Source of the DNA: an uncultured Gammaproteobacteria bacterium
Lineage (GTDB): Bacteria > Patescibacteriota > Patescibacteriia > UBA10025 > JAHIVO01
Assembly (NCBI GenBank): GCA_964415025.1
Contig: CAYPXF010000006.1
Coordinates: 58 to 64,057 of the forward strand
Reading direction: 5' to 3'
Length of the DNA stretch: 64,000 nt
The notes below the pieces were generated by a model. It did no database searches, had not been told where the DNA came from, and saw only the letters and a program-made list of their open reading frames with translations. The translations under genes and the position numbers were made by a program. This document shows positions 19,251-28,824 of the stretch, one piece after another. The first letter of the stretch is position 1. Each line of letters begins with the position of its first letter.

Positions 19251-19279
19251 ATACTAGCAGACCTTAAATACGCTGTCAA
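19251..19279 (-). promoter_or_regulatory. sigma70-like promoter
   Basis: TTGACA-17 nt-TAGTAT with TG extension. Confidence 0.6.
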
Positions 19280-19344
19280 GACCTGGCGCTTTATGCGCGC
19301 CGGAATTTGGCTAATTTAAGTAATTTTTATATTAAATAATTAAA

Positions 19345-22300
19345 GTGAAACAGCATAATACTGTTGAGGATACGGGCGCACGGCTCTCGGCTATTGTATC
19401 CCAGCTCTCGACCAGCAGGTCAGTAGCACTAACCGGACTGCCCCACCCTACGAGTGAAGCGTTTTTTATTACTACCTTGCCGGCCATACAGGATCGGGTT
19501 GTCTTTTGGTTACTGAAGGGCGAAGATATTGTCCGGATGCAACGTTTGCTGATCCAGTGGCACACTATCCATAAAATTGCCAGGCCAATATGGCTGCTCG
19601 AAGAAATTAATCCGCTTCGCGCCATGCGCTTGGCACAGAAAAAACCGCAGATTATTCTGGTCGATGTCAGCCGTATGGGTGATAAAATTCCGTCCCTGGC
19701 AAACGGTAATACTAACAAGCTCACTATCAATGTTAATCAGCAGTGGACTCCGTCGCAGCTGTCACAAAAATGCATCTCGCTCGGATATGAATTTACCAGC
19801 CATGCCAGCCAGCCTGGATATTTTGCCCGGCACGGCGGTATTGTAGAAATCTATCCTATCAACACTGACAAACCGTATCGAATCGAGTTTGAGGATAATG
19901 ACTTGCGTACGATCACCGCCTTTGACCCTGTGTCCAAACGAGCTGTTGCTGAAACACAGGAGCTGACACTGGTAGCGCAAAAATTCAGCCAGGCCACGAG
20001 CCGCACTGATATAGTCGGCTATTGGCAGTCGCTGGATAACCCTCTCATCATCCACCATGAAAATGAAGAGATAAAAGAAGCCCAGCCAGAGTGGAAAAAG
20101 TATGTCCGGCAGCTAGAGCAGTACCAGCGAATCATCATCCATGATTTTGACAAACAGGCGCATACTATTGCTATGGCCAGCGCTCCTTTTTACCGTCAGG
20201 ATTTCAATGCCCTAGTCGAAGAGATGAAGAAAAAAGCAAAAGCCGGATGGCAGCTGGCTATTGCCACCAAACAGCAGAAAAAAATTGAACAGCTACTGAA
20301 AGAAAAAAAAGCCGGCTCCCTGGAAATTAATTTTTGGGAGTTTATACATTATTTCGAGGGTTTTTTGTACCGGCCAGAAAAACTCCTCTTCCTTACGGAC
20401 CGCGAAATATTCGGGGAGGACGCCATTCGTGATGAAGCGCCGCGGCACCAAGTTGATCAGGCGTTTATTATGGGATTAAAATCAGGCGATTATGTGGTCC
20501 ACCTAGACCATGGCATCGGACGATTCATAAAAATGACAACCAACGAGGTTGAGGGCGTTATCAAAGAATACTTTGTCCTGCAGTACGCCGAGGGAGACAA
20601 ACTCTATGTCCCCGTAGAGACAGCTGATAAAATCTCCAAATACATCGGCATTGCCCATCCAAAACTACACCGCCTGTCCGGCAGCCAGTGGTATCAGCTG
20701 ACTCGTAAGGTAAAGCAGGAAGCAAAGCTCCTGGCCCATGAACTGTTGAAAATATACGCCCGCCGGGAGATGATCCGGGTCAAACCTTTTGCTAAAGATA
20801 CTGCCGAAGAAAAAGAGCTCGCCAAAACATTTCCTTACCAGGAAACGCCTGACCAGGCCAAGGCTATTAACGCGGTCAAAGCAGACCTGCAAAAAGAAAC
20901 CCCCATGGATCGGCTCATCTGCGGTGATGTCGGCTTTGGCAAGACCGAGGTAGCGGTTCGCGCTACACTCAAGGCAGTCATGAATAAAAAACAAGTTGCC
21001 CTGCTGTCGCCGACCACGATCCTCACCCAGCAGCACTATGATACGTTTAAAGAACGGCTCAAAAAGTTTTCTGTCACTATCGGTATTTTATCCAGGTTTG
21101 AAAGTGATAAAGAGCAGGAGGCGGTCCTAGACCAGCTCAAGAGCGGCACTGTCGATATTGTCATCGGCACGCACCGTTTACTGTCAGCGGATGTGACCTT
21201 CCGCAATCTAGGATTAATCATCATTGACGAGGAACAGCGCTTCGGGGTGAAGGCAAAAGAACGTCTCAAAAAAATGCGTACCCAGGCGCACGTGCTGACT
21301 ATGACCGCCACACCGATCCCGCGTACCCTGAATATCGCCCTGTCAGGAGTACGTGACGTCAGTATTATTGAAACACCTCCCGAAGGCCGGCTGCCGATCG
21401 TTACCGAGATAGAACCATATTCAGAAAAACAGATAGCAACGGCCATCACCGAGGAATTAGCTCGAGATGGGCAGATATACTATTTGCATAATAAGGTAGA
21501 GACCATCCAGCTGGCCGCCAAAAAAATACAGGAATTAGTACCTGAAGCGCGGATCGGCATTGCCCACGGTCGCCTCCCGGAAAAAAACCTAGCAAAAGCC
21601 ATGAATGACTTCGATACGAAAAAGACCAACGTGTTAGCGTGTTCAACAATTATTGAAAACGGCCTGGACCTGCCTAACGTGAACACCATGATCGTGGATC
21701 ATGCCACCGACTTTGGTCTGGCCCAGTTGTATCAGCTGCGCGGCCGGATTGGCCGGGGCAAACGGCAGGCCTATGCATATTTCCTGTATCACCGCAAAAA
21801 ATTAAAAGGCAACGCCAAAAAACGGCTCCAGGCGCTGATGGAGGCCAAAAAACTGGGCAGCGGATTCCAGCTGGCGCTACGGGATCTAGAAATCCGAGGT
21901 GCGGGCAATATTCTCGGCAAAGAACAGCACGGTAAAGTATCGGCTATTGGCCTTTCCCTATATACCCGACTGTTGGCCCAGGCAATCGAGGAATTAAAAT
22001 ACGGCAAAGTACAGGAACCGATCCGTGACATAATCATCGACCTGCCACTAGAAGCCTATATACCGACGAACTATTTACCAGAAGAAGAACGCCTCGCCCT
22101 GTATCAAAAACTGGCCGGTATAGTGACCATGGATGAACTCAATAAGCTCAAGCAAAAAATCTACCGCGCCCGGACAAAGGAAGACCAGCGTCATATTCCG
22201 CAGGAACTACTGAATCTCTTCGAAGTGCTGGAAGTCCGCCTGCTGGCCCAAAAAACAGATATATCCAACATTGACACCTCCCTGATCACTGATGAGTCAG

Positions 22301-22506
22301 GCAACCGAAAACGCCGGTTAATTATCAAATTCCTATTCCCGCTCAAACCAGAACAGCTGGCGCGTTTACTGCAAAAAAATCCCGAATGGCAGTTTAGTGA
22401 TGACCTAATCAAAATCGATCTGGCCAAGCTCGGCGACAATTGGCTGCCAGAGCTGAAAAAAATACTTGCTATTTTCTCCAACAATACTAAGAAAAAAACT
22501 GCGTAA
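19345..22506 (+). CDS. mfd: Transcription-repair coupling factor Mfd
   Basis: RID domain (GDYVVHLDHGIG), GDVGFGKTEVA, DEEQRFGV, TATPIPRTL, QLRGRIGR, RDLEIRGAGNILG. Confidence 0.96.
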   Translation: MKQHNTVEDTGARLSAIVSQLSTSRSVALTGLPHPTSEAFFITTLPAIQDRVVFWLLKGEDIVRMQRLLIQWHTIHKIARPIWLLEEINPLRAMRLAQKKPQIILVDVSRMGDKIPSLANGNTNKLTINVNQQWTPSQLSQKCISLGYEFTSHASQPGYFARHGGIVEIYPINTDKPYRIEFEDNDLRTITAFDPVSKRAVAETQELTLVAQKFSQATSRTDIVGYWQSLDNPLIIHHENEEIKEAQPEWKKYVRQLEQYQRIIIHDFDKQAHTIAMASAPFYRQDFNALVEEMKKKAKAGWQLAIATKQQKKIEQLLKEKKAGSLEINFWEFIHYFEGFLYRPEKLLFLTDREIFGEDAIRDEAPRHQVDQAFIMGLKSGDYVVHLDHGIGRFIKMTTNEVEGVIKEYFVLQYAEGDKLYVPVETADKISKYIGIAHPKLHRLSGSQWYQLTRKVKQEAKLLAHELLKIYARREMIRVKPFAKDTAEEKELAKTFPYQETPDQAKAINAVKADLQKETPMDRLICGDVGFGKTEVAVRATLKAVMNKKQVALLSPTTILTQQHYDTFKERLKKFSVTIGILSRFESDKEQEAVLDQLKSGTVDIVIGTHRLLSADVTFRNLGLIIIDEEQRFGVKAKERLKKMRTQAHVLTMTATPIPRTLNIALSGVRDVSIIETPPEGRLPIVTEIEPYSEKQIATAITEELARDGQIYYLHNKVETIQLAAKKIQELVPEARIGIAHGRLPEKNLAKAMNDFDTKKTNVLACSTIIENGLDLPNVNTMIVDHATDFGLAQLYQLRGRIGRGKRQAYAYFLYHRKKLKGNAKKRLQALMEAKKLGSGFQLALRDLEIRGAGNILGKEQHGKVSAIGLSLYTRLLAQAIEELKYGKVQEPIRDIIIDLPLEAYIPTNYLPEEERLALYQKLAGIVTMDELNKLKQKIYRARTKEDQRHIPQELLNLFEVLEVRLLAQKTDISNIDTSLITDESGNRKRRLIIKFLFPLKPEQLARLLQKNPEWQFSDDLIKIDLAKLGDNWLPELKKILAIFSNNTKKKTA

Positions 22507-22526
22507 CACCTGGCTCGCGGTTTTTT
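22492..22526. terminator. Bidirectional terminator after mfd
   Basis: A7-CTGCG...CGCGG-T6. Confidence 0.55.
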
Positions 22527-22771
22527 ATATTTGGCAAGCTGCCAGCAGACCAAAACCAGAGATAATAACAATTACCAACACGACCAGAATATAACGGCAA
22601 AAATTGACAACGGGTATGTTCCTTCCTTTAATATATGAAAAACTTCTGCCCATAATACCATAGCAGCATAAAATTAGTTACTTGCTTGCCTGCGATCAGC
22701 TGTGATATACTGGATCAATCATAACCTTCCCCCCCCCTATCCCGGGAAGGTATTATTTTTATATATTGCAT

Positions 22772-23866
22772 ATGAATCAAACAAATGATCTCAAATACTG
22801 GATAGCTTTTTCTTATATCCAGCCGATTGGTGCACTGGCCATGAAGCTGTTGCGTGCGTATTTTCCTGATATGCGCTCTGCGTGGCAGGCAGACCAATAC
22901 GAGCTGTTACGCGCTGGCCTGCCACCGCATAGCGCGGCTCATATCCTGCACGGTAAAAAAGCGATTAACCCTGATGCTACGTATGCCACTGTACAGCAGC
23001 ACCGGCTGGCCGCGATTACGATAAATAACCCTGCCTATCCAGCACCGCTCCGCGAACTGCATGATCCGCCGGCAACACTCTATGTACGGGGACAGCTACC
23101 GACAGACTGGCGATACGCCCTAGCCGTGGTCGGTACGCGCAAGACATCGCTCTACGGCCGGCGGATTACCAGCCAGCTGGTTGAGCCCTTGGCGCAGGCC
23201 GGACTGATTATTATTTCTGGTTTGGCGCTGGGTATTGACGCGCTGTCGCACCAATCCGCGCTTAGTGTCAACGGAACAACTGTCGGCGTACTGGCCAGCG
23301 GCTTGGACACTATCTATCCCCGGTCAAATAATGCGCTCGGAGAATCGATCATCGCACGGGGCGGCGCGTTAGTGTCAGAATATCCGCCCGGTATTCCGCC
23401 ATCCAAACGCCGATTTCCTGTGAGAAACCGCATTATTGCGGGCCTGTCACGCGCCGTCCTCGTCATCGAGGGAGCAACTGATTCAGGCTCACTGATTACC
23501 GCTCGCTGTGGGCTGGATCAAAACCGGGACGTGTTTGCCGTACCGGGTAATATCTGTAATGCCACGGCCGCCGGACCGAATTACCTCATCCAAATGGGCG
23601 CTTATCCGGTGACCAGCCCTGACCAAATACTGGAACAGCTTGACGCAATCTCGCTCAAGCAGTATAAAGAAAACAAAAAAATAATTCCGGATACTCCAGA
23701 AGAGCAAACGTTAATTACATATTTTACCGGAGAACCGGTCCATATTGACGAAATTATGCAAACCTGTAAACTAAAAGCCAGTATTATAAACGCCACGCTG
23801 GTGACGATGGAAATGAAAGGACTCGTTCGTCACTGTGGCGCGGGACGTTATATTCTCAATAAATAA
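22772..23866 (+). CDS. dprA: DNA-processing protein DprA
   Basis: AVVGTRK, ISGLALGID, FPVRNRIIAGLS, SGSLITA, VFAVPG; C-terminal winged helix. Confidence 0.95.
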   Translation: MNQTNDLKYWIAFSYIQPIGALAMKLLRAYFPDMRSAWQADQYELLRAGLPPHSAAHILHGKKAINPDATYATVQQHRLAAITINNPAYPAPLRELHDPPATLYVRGQLPTDWRYALAVVGTRKTSLYGRRITSQLVEPLAQAGLIIISGLALGIDALSHQSALSVNGTTVGVLASGLDTIYPRSNNALGESIIARGGALVSEYPPGIPPSKRRFPVRNRIIAGLSRAVLVIEGATDSGSLITARCGLDQNRDVFAVPGNICNATAAGPNYLIQMGAYPVTSPDQILEQLDAISLKQYKENKKIIPDTPEEQTLITYFTGEPVHIDEIMQTCKLKASIINATLVTMEMKGLVRHCGAGRYILNK

Positions 23867-23874
23867 TCGGAGCA

Positions 23875-26328
23875 ATGGCAAAAGAATTAATTATTGTCGA
23901 ATCACCGACCAAAGCAAAAACTATCTCGCGTTTTCTCGGCAAACAATATAATATCCAGGCGTCGTTCGGCCACCTGCGTGATTTGCCAAAATCGAAAATG
24001 GGCATCGACATAGAGCATAATTTTCAGCCGCAGTACGTCGTCCCAAAAACAAACCAAAAGACTGTTGCCAAGCTGAAAGAACTAGCCGCTAAATCAGATA
24101 CTATTTATTTCGCTACTGACGAAGATCGCGAGGGAGAGGCAATCGCTTGGCATCTGCTTGAAGCGTTTAAAGAAGCTAAGGGCGCGAAAAAGTTAACGCC
24201 GACCGAGCTAGATAAAAAAGTGAAGCGCATCGTCTTCCACGAGATTACCGAAGAGGCTATTAAAGACGCTCTGGAGGAGCCGCGAGATATTGACGATAAT
24301 CTGGTGGACGCCCAGCAGGCCAGGCGGATTTTGGACCGTTTGGTTGGCTATGAATTGTCTCCCTTTCTCTGGAAAAAAGTAGCACGCGGCCTATCAGCCG
24401 GGCGTGTGCAGTCTGTGGCGGTACGACTGATCGTGGAGCAGGAACGTGAAATTGAAGCATTCAAACCAGAGGAGTACTGGAGCATAGAGGGCGAATTTGC
24501 CAAACAGCGAGATGAGACCAGCCCATTCCCGGCCAAACTAACAAAAGTAAACGGTACATCACTGGATAAAATGGCTATCAAAAATAAAGGGCAGGCGCAG
24601 GAAATCATGGATAAACTGGATAAAGCTACTTATAGTATTGCCGATATCCAGCGCAAGGAGACGAAAAAAAATCCACCCACTCCGTTCACTACTTCGACAC
24701 TACAGCAAGAGGGGAACAGAAAACTGGGTTTTTCTGCGCGCCAAACCATGTACCTCGCCCAGCAGCTGTATGAGGGCGTAGACCTCGGTGAGGGATCAGT
24801 TGGTCTGATCACCTATATGCGTACTGATTCCATGAATCTGGCCCAGAAGTTCCTGAATGAAGCACGCGCCTACATCGGCACATCCTACGGCAACAAATAC
24901 CAGCTGGACAAACCGCGAGTATTTAAGAAAAAGTCAAAGCTAGCCCAGGAAGCGCACGAGGCCATCCGTCCGACTGACGTGACCCGGACACCCGAAAGTA
25001 TTGCCAAAAAACTTGATCCCAAACAGCTCAAGCTCTACACCCTGATCTGGCAGCGGACAGTCGCCTGCCAAATGCCGGCAGCTGTCATGGACAACGTCAG
25101 CGTATATATTAATGAGCAGACAAATACCTATACGTTCCGGGCCGGCGGCAGTACGGTCAAGTTCGACGGATTTATGCGTGTCTATAATACTGTCAAAGAA
25201 ACCATTCTCCCGCCGCTCAAAAAGGGAGAAGACATGGATGCGAAAAATATCGAACCACTCCAGCACTTCACCGAGCCGCCAGCCCGGTATTCAGAAGCCG
25301 GCCTGGTCAGAGCGCTCGAAGAGCGCGAAATTGGTCGGCCATCGACCTACGCACCGACCATTGCCACGATTATCGAGCGTCGGTATGTGGAAAAGGACAA
25401 CAAGCGCCTGGCCCCGACTGAAATAGGAACACTGGTCAATGACGTACTGGTCGAACATTTTCCCACGATTGTTGATTACGAATTTACCGCCCATTTGGAA
25501 GACAGCCTGGATGAAATTGCCCAGGGTGATAAAGAATGGGTACCGGTGATCAGGGATTTTTATGAACCATTTAAGAAAAATTTAGATAAAAAACAGGAAG
25601 AAGTGCATAAAAAAGACCTAACCGAGGAAGCGAGTGATGAGGTGTGCGAAAAATGCGGCAAATCCATGGTTATCAAAATAGGCCGGTTCGGCAAGTTCCT
25701 GGCCTGCACTGGATATCCTGATTGTAAAAATACGATTGATTTAAATAAGGACGGTACAAAAAACAATCAGCCTGACGCTCGAGAATTAGGCGAGCATCCA
25801 GAGGAGAAAAAACCGATCTATCTGAAAGTCGGCCGCTTTGGCGCATATCTACAGTTGGGTGCTAAGGAAAAAGGCAAAAAACCGCGCACTGCTTCCCTCC
25901 TGCCCGGCATGGAGGCGGGCACACTCACACTAGAACAAGCTATCAAGCTATTTGAGCTGCCGCGTACTGTAGGCACGGCAAAAGACGGTGAAGAAATTAA
26001 GGCAGCAAACGGCAGGTATGGCCCATATATAAAAGCTGGCTCTGAAACGCGCAGCCTGCCTGACGATATCTCGCCGCTCGAGATCACTGAAAAACAGGCC
26101 CGCGATCTATTAGCTCAACCAAAAGGCAAGGGCCGCAAACGCGGTAAGCAAGCGCTCAAAGAACTGGGCAAAGATCCAGACGGTAACGCTATCAAAATCA
26201 TGAATGGCCGCTACGGCCCGTATGTTACTGACGGCAAAGTCAATGCCTCTATTCCCCGCGGGCAGAACCCGCACAGTATAACGCTCGATGAGGCTGTTTC
26301 TCTGATTTCAGACAAACGGGACAAATAA
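23875..26328 (+). CDS. topA: DNA topoisomerase I
   Basis: IVESPTKAKTI, ATDEDREGEAI, SAGRVQS, ITYMRTDS, GRPSTYA; one Zn ribbon followed by Topo_C-type repeats (GRF/YGxY). Confidence 0.97.
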   Translation: MAKELIIVESPTKAKTISRFLGKQYNIQASFGHLRDLPKSKMGIDIEHNFQPQYVVPKTNQKTVAKLKELAAKSDTIYFATDEDREGEAIAWHLLEAFKEAKGAKKLTPTELDKKVKRIVFHEITEEAIKDALEEPRDIDDNLVDAQQARRILDRLVGYELSPFLWKKVARGLSAGRVQSVAVRLIVEQEREIEAFKPEEYWSIEGEFAKQRDETSPFPAKLTKVNGTSLDKMAIKNKGQAQEIMDKLDKATYSIADIQRKETKKNPPTPFTTSTLQQEGNRKLGFSARQTMYLAQQLYEGVDLGEGSVGLITYMRTDSMNLAQKFLNEARAYIGTSYGNKYQLDKPRVFKKKSKLAQEAHEAIRPTDVTRTPESIAKKLDPKQLKLYTLIWQRTVACQMPAAVMDNVSVYINEQTNTYTFRAGGSTVKFDGFMRVYNTVKETILPPLKKGEDMDAKNIEPLQHFTEPPARYSEAGLVRALEEREIGRPSTYAPTIATIIERRYVEKDNKRLAPTEIGTLVNDVLVEHFPTIVDYEFTAHLEDSLDEIAQGDKEWVPVIRDFYEPFKKNLDKKQEEVHKKDLTEEASDEVCEKCGKSMVIKIGRFGKFLACTGYPDCKNTIDLNKDGTKNNQPDARELGEHPEEKKPIYLKVGRFGAYLQLGAKEKGKKPRTASLLPGMEAGTLTLEQAIKLFELPRTVGTAKDGEEIKAANGRYGPYIKAGSETRSLPDDISPLEITEKQARDLLAQPKGKGRKRGKQALKELGKDPDGNAIKIMNGRYGPYVTDGKVNASIPRGQNPHSITLDEAVSLISDKRDK

Positions 26329-26329
26329 C

Positions 26330-28759
26330 ATGGCTTTCGCGTCACCCTACCAGGATGAGCACGCGCCAAAACCACAAGCCTGGCATATACAGCCTCGCTT
26401 TGTTTACGTCGCCGTTTTTCTGTCTGGGTTGGCGGCGCTGCTCTATGAATTACTATGGGTGCGCATACTACATATCATGTTTGGTGTCAGCAGTTTTTCT
26501 GTAGCCACAGTATTTGGTGTATTTCTTCTGGGTATTGGCATCGGCAGTGTCCTGTTCGGTAAAAAATCAGAGACCTCGGAAAATCCGCTCAAGCTGTATG
26601 CCTGGATTGAGATTGGTATCGCCGTCGTGTCCAGCATCGCTTTTATAATCGCGTATCATACTCCGGTACTCGATACTGTGTTATCTTTTACCTATAATAA
26701 CTTTTCTTTTTATCTCCAGTCACTGGCGAGGCTGGTTGTGACGGCTGTTATCCTCTTACCGCCAACAATCGCTATGGGCGGCACTATTCCAGTCATAAGC
26801 AAATATTTTATCCGCCATGAGAGGACACTGGGATCTCGGTTCAGTACTCTGTACTACCTTAACACGCTCGGGTCGTTTGCCGGCGCGCTGCTGACTGGAT
26901 TACTGTTAGTCAATATCCTCGGTATTACCTATTCCTGGGCACTGGCTGTGCTGATAAATGGAGTCATAGGAATTGGTATTTTGCTCTGGCATAGTCAGGC
27001 AGATAAAGGCCCCGCGCCCGTACCAATACAAAATCATGAATCGGCCCGGAACAGACCGGTGCGGTCAATGCTATTGGTTCTTTTTTTGACAGGCTTTATT
27101 ACTCTGGCTTTTGAAATTGTGTGGATACGCGTATTGACAAATTTCGGATCAGGCACTACCCTTGCTTCATCACTGATTCTGGGTGGCTTCTTAATCGGTT
27201 TTGTGGTGGGCAGCGTGTATATTGCGCGTATTATTGACCGGCTAAAAAATCTCGCCTGGCACTTATCACTCTACGCTGTGCTGTCCGGTACGGTGGGCGC
27301 TTTTATTCTTTTTGTGTTTGGCAACCTCAATCATTTCCTGGCTCAACAGTTTTTTTCTTATCTGACACTGCTGACTGAAGCATGGATTGGTTTTGCGCTG
27401 TCTTTCATGATTGCTATTGTCTTGGGTACCCTGTTCCCCCTGGCAGTACGTGTCTATGCCGGAAATCAAAAAAGTATCGGCAAAAAAACTGGCATGGCAT
27501 ACATCGCCAACATGATTGGTGCGATTTGCGGCAGTATTTTCACAGGTTTTGTGCTCATTCCCTTTGTCGGTATCAAGCTTTCAGTTATTATACTAGTCAG
27601 CCTCTGTCTGGTGCTGGGGATTATTATTTTTTTCAAAACTGCCCATAAAAAGACTTTGTTGGTTTATGGAGGTACGGCGCTGACTATCACTGCCTGCTTT
27701 GTCGTCTTCAGTGGCAATACGTTTTTCCGCTCTCCGGCTGATGATATTTTGCTATGGTATGAGGAGGGCGTGGCAGCCACGGTCACGGTACATGAATCAT
27801 CAATGGGTACATATACCTACAAATACCTGAATGTAGACAGTCAAACGGTTGCCGGCACCTACCCCACCGGGATTATTGACGCAAAAATACTCGCCCACAT
27901 CCCGATCCTACTCACCGCTTCTCCGCAACGTGTAGCGACTGTCGGCTATGGCACGGGTATCACAACCTATAGCATGTCACTGTATGATGCGGACGTAACT
28001 GCGCTGGAAATAGAACAACAAGTGATTAACGCTGCCATTAGTGAATTTAGTACATATAACCACCGTGCCGATACAAGACAAAACGTGTCGATCGTGATTG
28101 ACGACGCGCGTAACTACCTGCAAATGACTGACGCCCAATACGATACCATCGTGACTGATGTCACAAACTTGAAATACAAGAACAATCCCTATCTCTATAC
28201 CACCGATTATTTCCGCACCATACAGCGGCGCTTGACAAAAACAGGAGTAGCGGCTGCGTGGGTACCGCTCGGGGGGCTATCTGAAAATGATCTTAAAATT
28301 TTAGCCAAGAGTTTCCAGTCCGTATTCCCTCATACCACCATGTGGTACTATGCGTATGAACCGACCGGCTTTCTCGTCTTTGTCGGTACGCCGGAACGGT
28401 TGGTTGTCGATATTGATGCACTTGCTCAAAAAATCAAGCCCGTGGCAAACGATTTGGAGCACATTGGTATAGCCAACGAATATATGGTCGCGGCAATGCT
28501 ACTCCTTGGAGAACGGGATGTCGCTGATTTTGCGGCTGATGCACCGCTGCACACGGATGACCGTCCGATCCTCGAATATACCGATTTAGACGTCTATGCC
28601 ACGGCTAACCCATTGCAAAATTTAGAAGCCTTGGTCTCCACCCAAAAAGAAATTCTCAAACCATATTATTCATTCACTCCTGAACAGGAACAAGACCTTC
28701 TCAATGCACTCGGCACCTCCAGAGCGCTGATCAATCACTACCTGCTTGAACACCAATAA
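26330..28759 (+). CDS. Fused membrane (MFS-like)/spermidine synthase-like protein
   Basis: Duplicated multi-TM region (LYELLWVR; AFEIVWIR) followed by SAM-type domain (VGYGTG, DDARNYL, YDTIVTD, HTDDRPILEY). Confidence 0.85.
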   Translation: MAFASPYQDEHAPKPQAWHIQPRFVYVAVFLSGLAALLYELLWVRILHIMFGVSSFSVATVFGVFLLGIGIGSVLFGKKSETSENPLKLYAWIEIGIAVVSSIAFIIAYHTPVLDTVLSFTYNNFSFYLQSLARLVVTAVILLPPTIAMGGTIPVISKYFIRHERTLGSRFSTLYYLNTLGSFAGALLTGLLLVNILGITYSWALAVLINGVIGIGILLWHSQADKGPAPVPIQNHESARNRPVRSMLLVLFLTGFITLAFEIVWIRVLTNFGSGTTLASSLILGGFLIGFVVGSVYIARIIDRLKNLAWHLSLYAVLSGTVGAFILFVFGNLNHFLAQQFFSYLTLLTEAWIGFALSFMIAIVLGTLFPLAVRVYAGNQKSIGKKTGMAYIANMIGAICGSIFTGFVLIPFVGIKLSVIILVSLCLVLGIIIFFKTAHKKTLLVYGGTALTITACFVVFSGNTFFRSPADDILLWYEEGVAATVTVHESSMGTYTYKYLNVDSQTVAGTYPTGIIDAKILAHIPILLTASPQRVATVGYGTGITTYSMSLYDADVTALEIEQQVINAAISEFSTYNHRADTRQNVSIVIDDARNYLQMTDAQYDTIVTDVTNLKYKNNPYLYTTDYFRTIQRRLTKTGVAAAWVPLGGLSENDLKILAKSFQSVFPHTTMWYYAYEPTGFLVFVGTPERLVVDIDALAQKIKPVANDLEHIGIANEYMVAAMLLLGERDVADFAADAPLHTDDRPILEYTDLDVYATANPLQNLEALVSTQKEILKPYYSFTPEQEQDLLNALGTSRALINHYLLEHQ

Positions 28760-28777
28760 GCTATTGTTATTGATATA

Positions 28778-28810
28778 AAAATCCCAGCTGCGTATTACAG
28801 CTGGGAATTG
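28778..28810. terminator. Terminator between convergent genes
   Basis: TCCCAGCTG-cgtatta-CAGCTGGGA. Confidence 0.7.
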
Positions 28811-28824
28811 TAATTATGTCAAGG

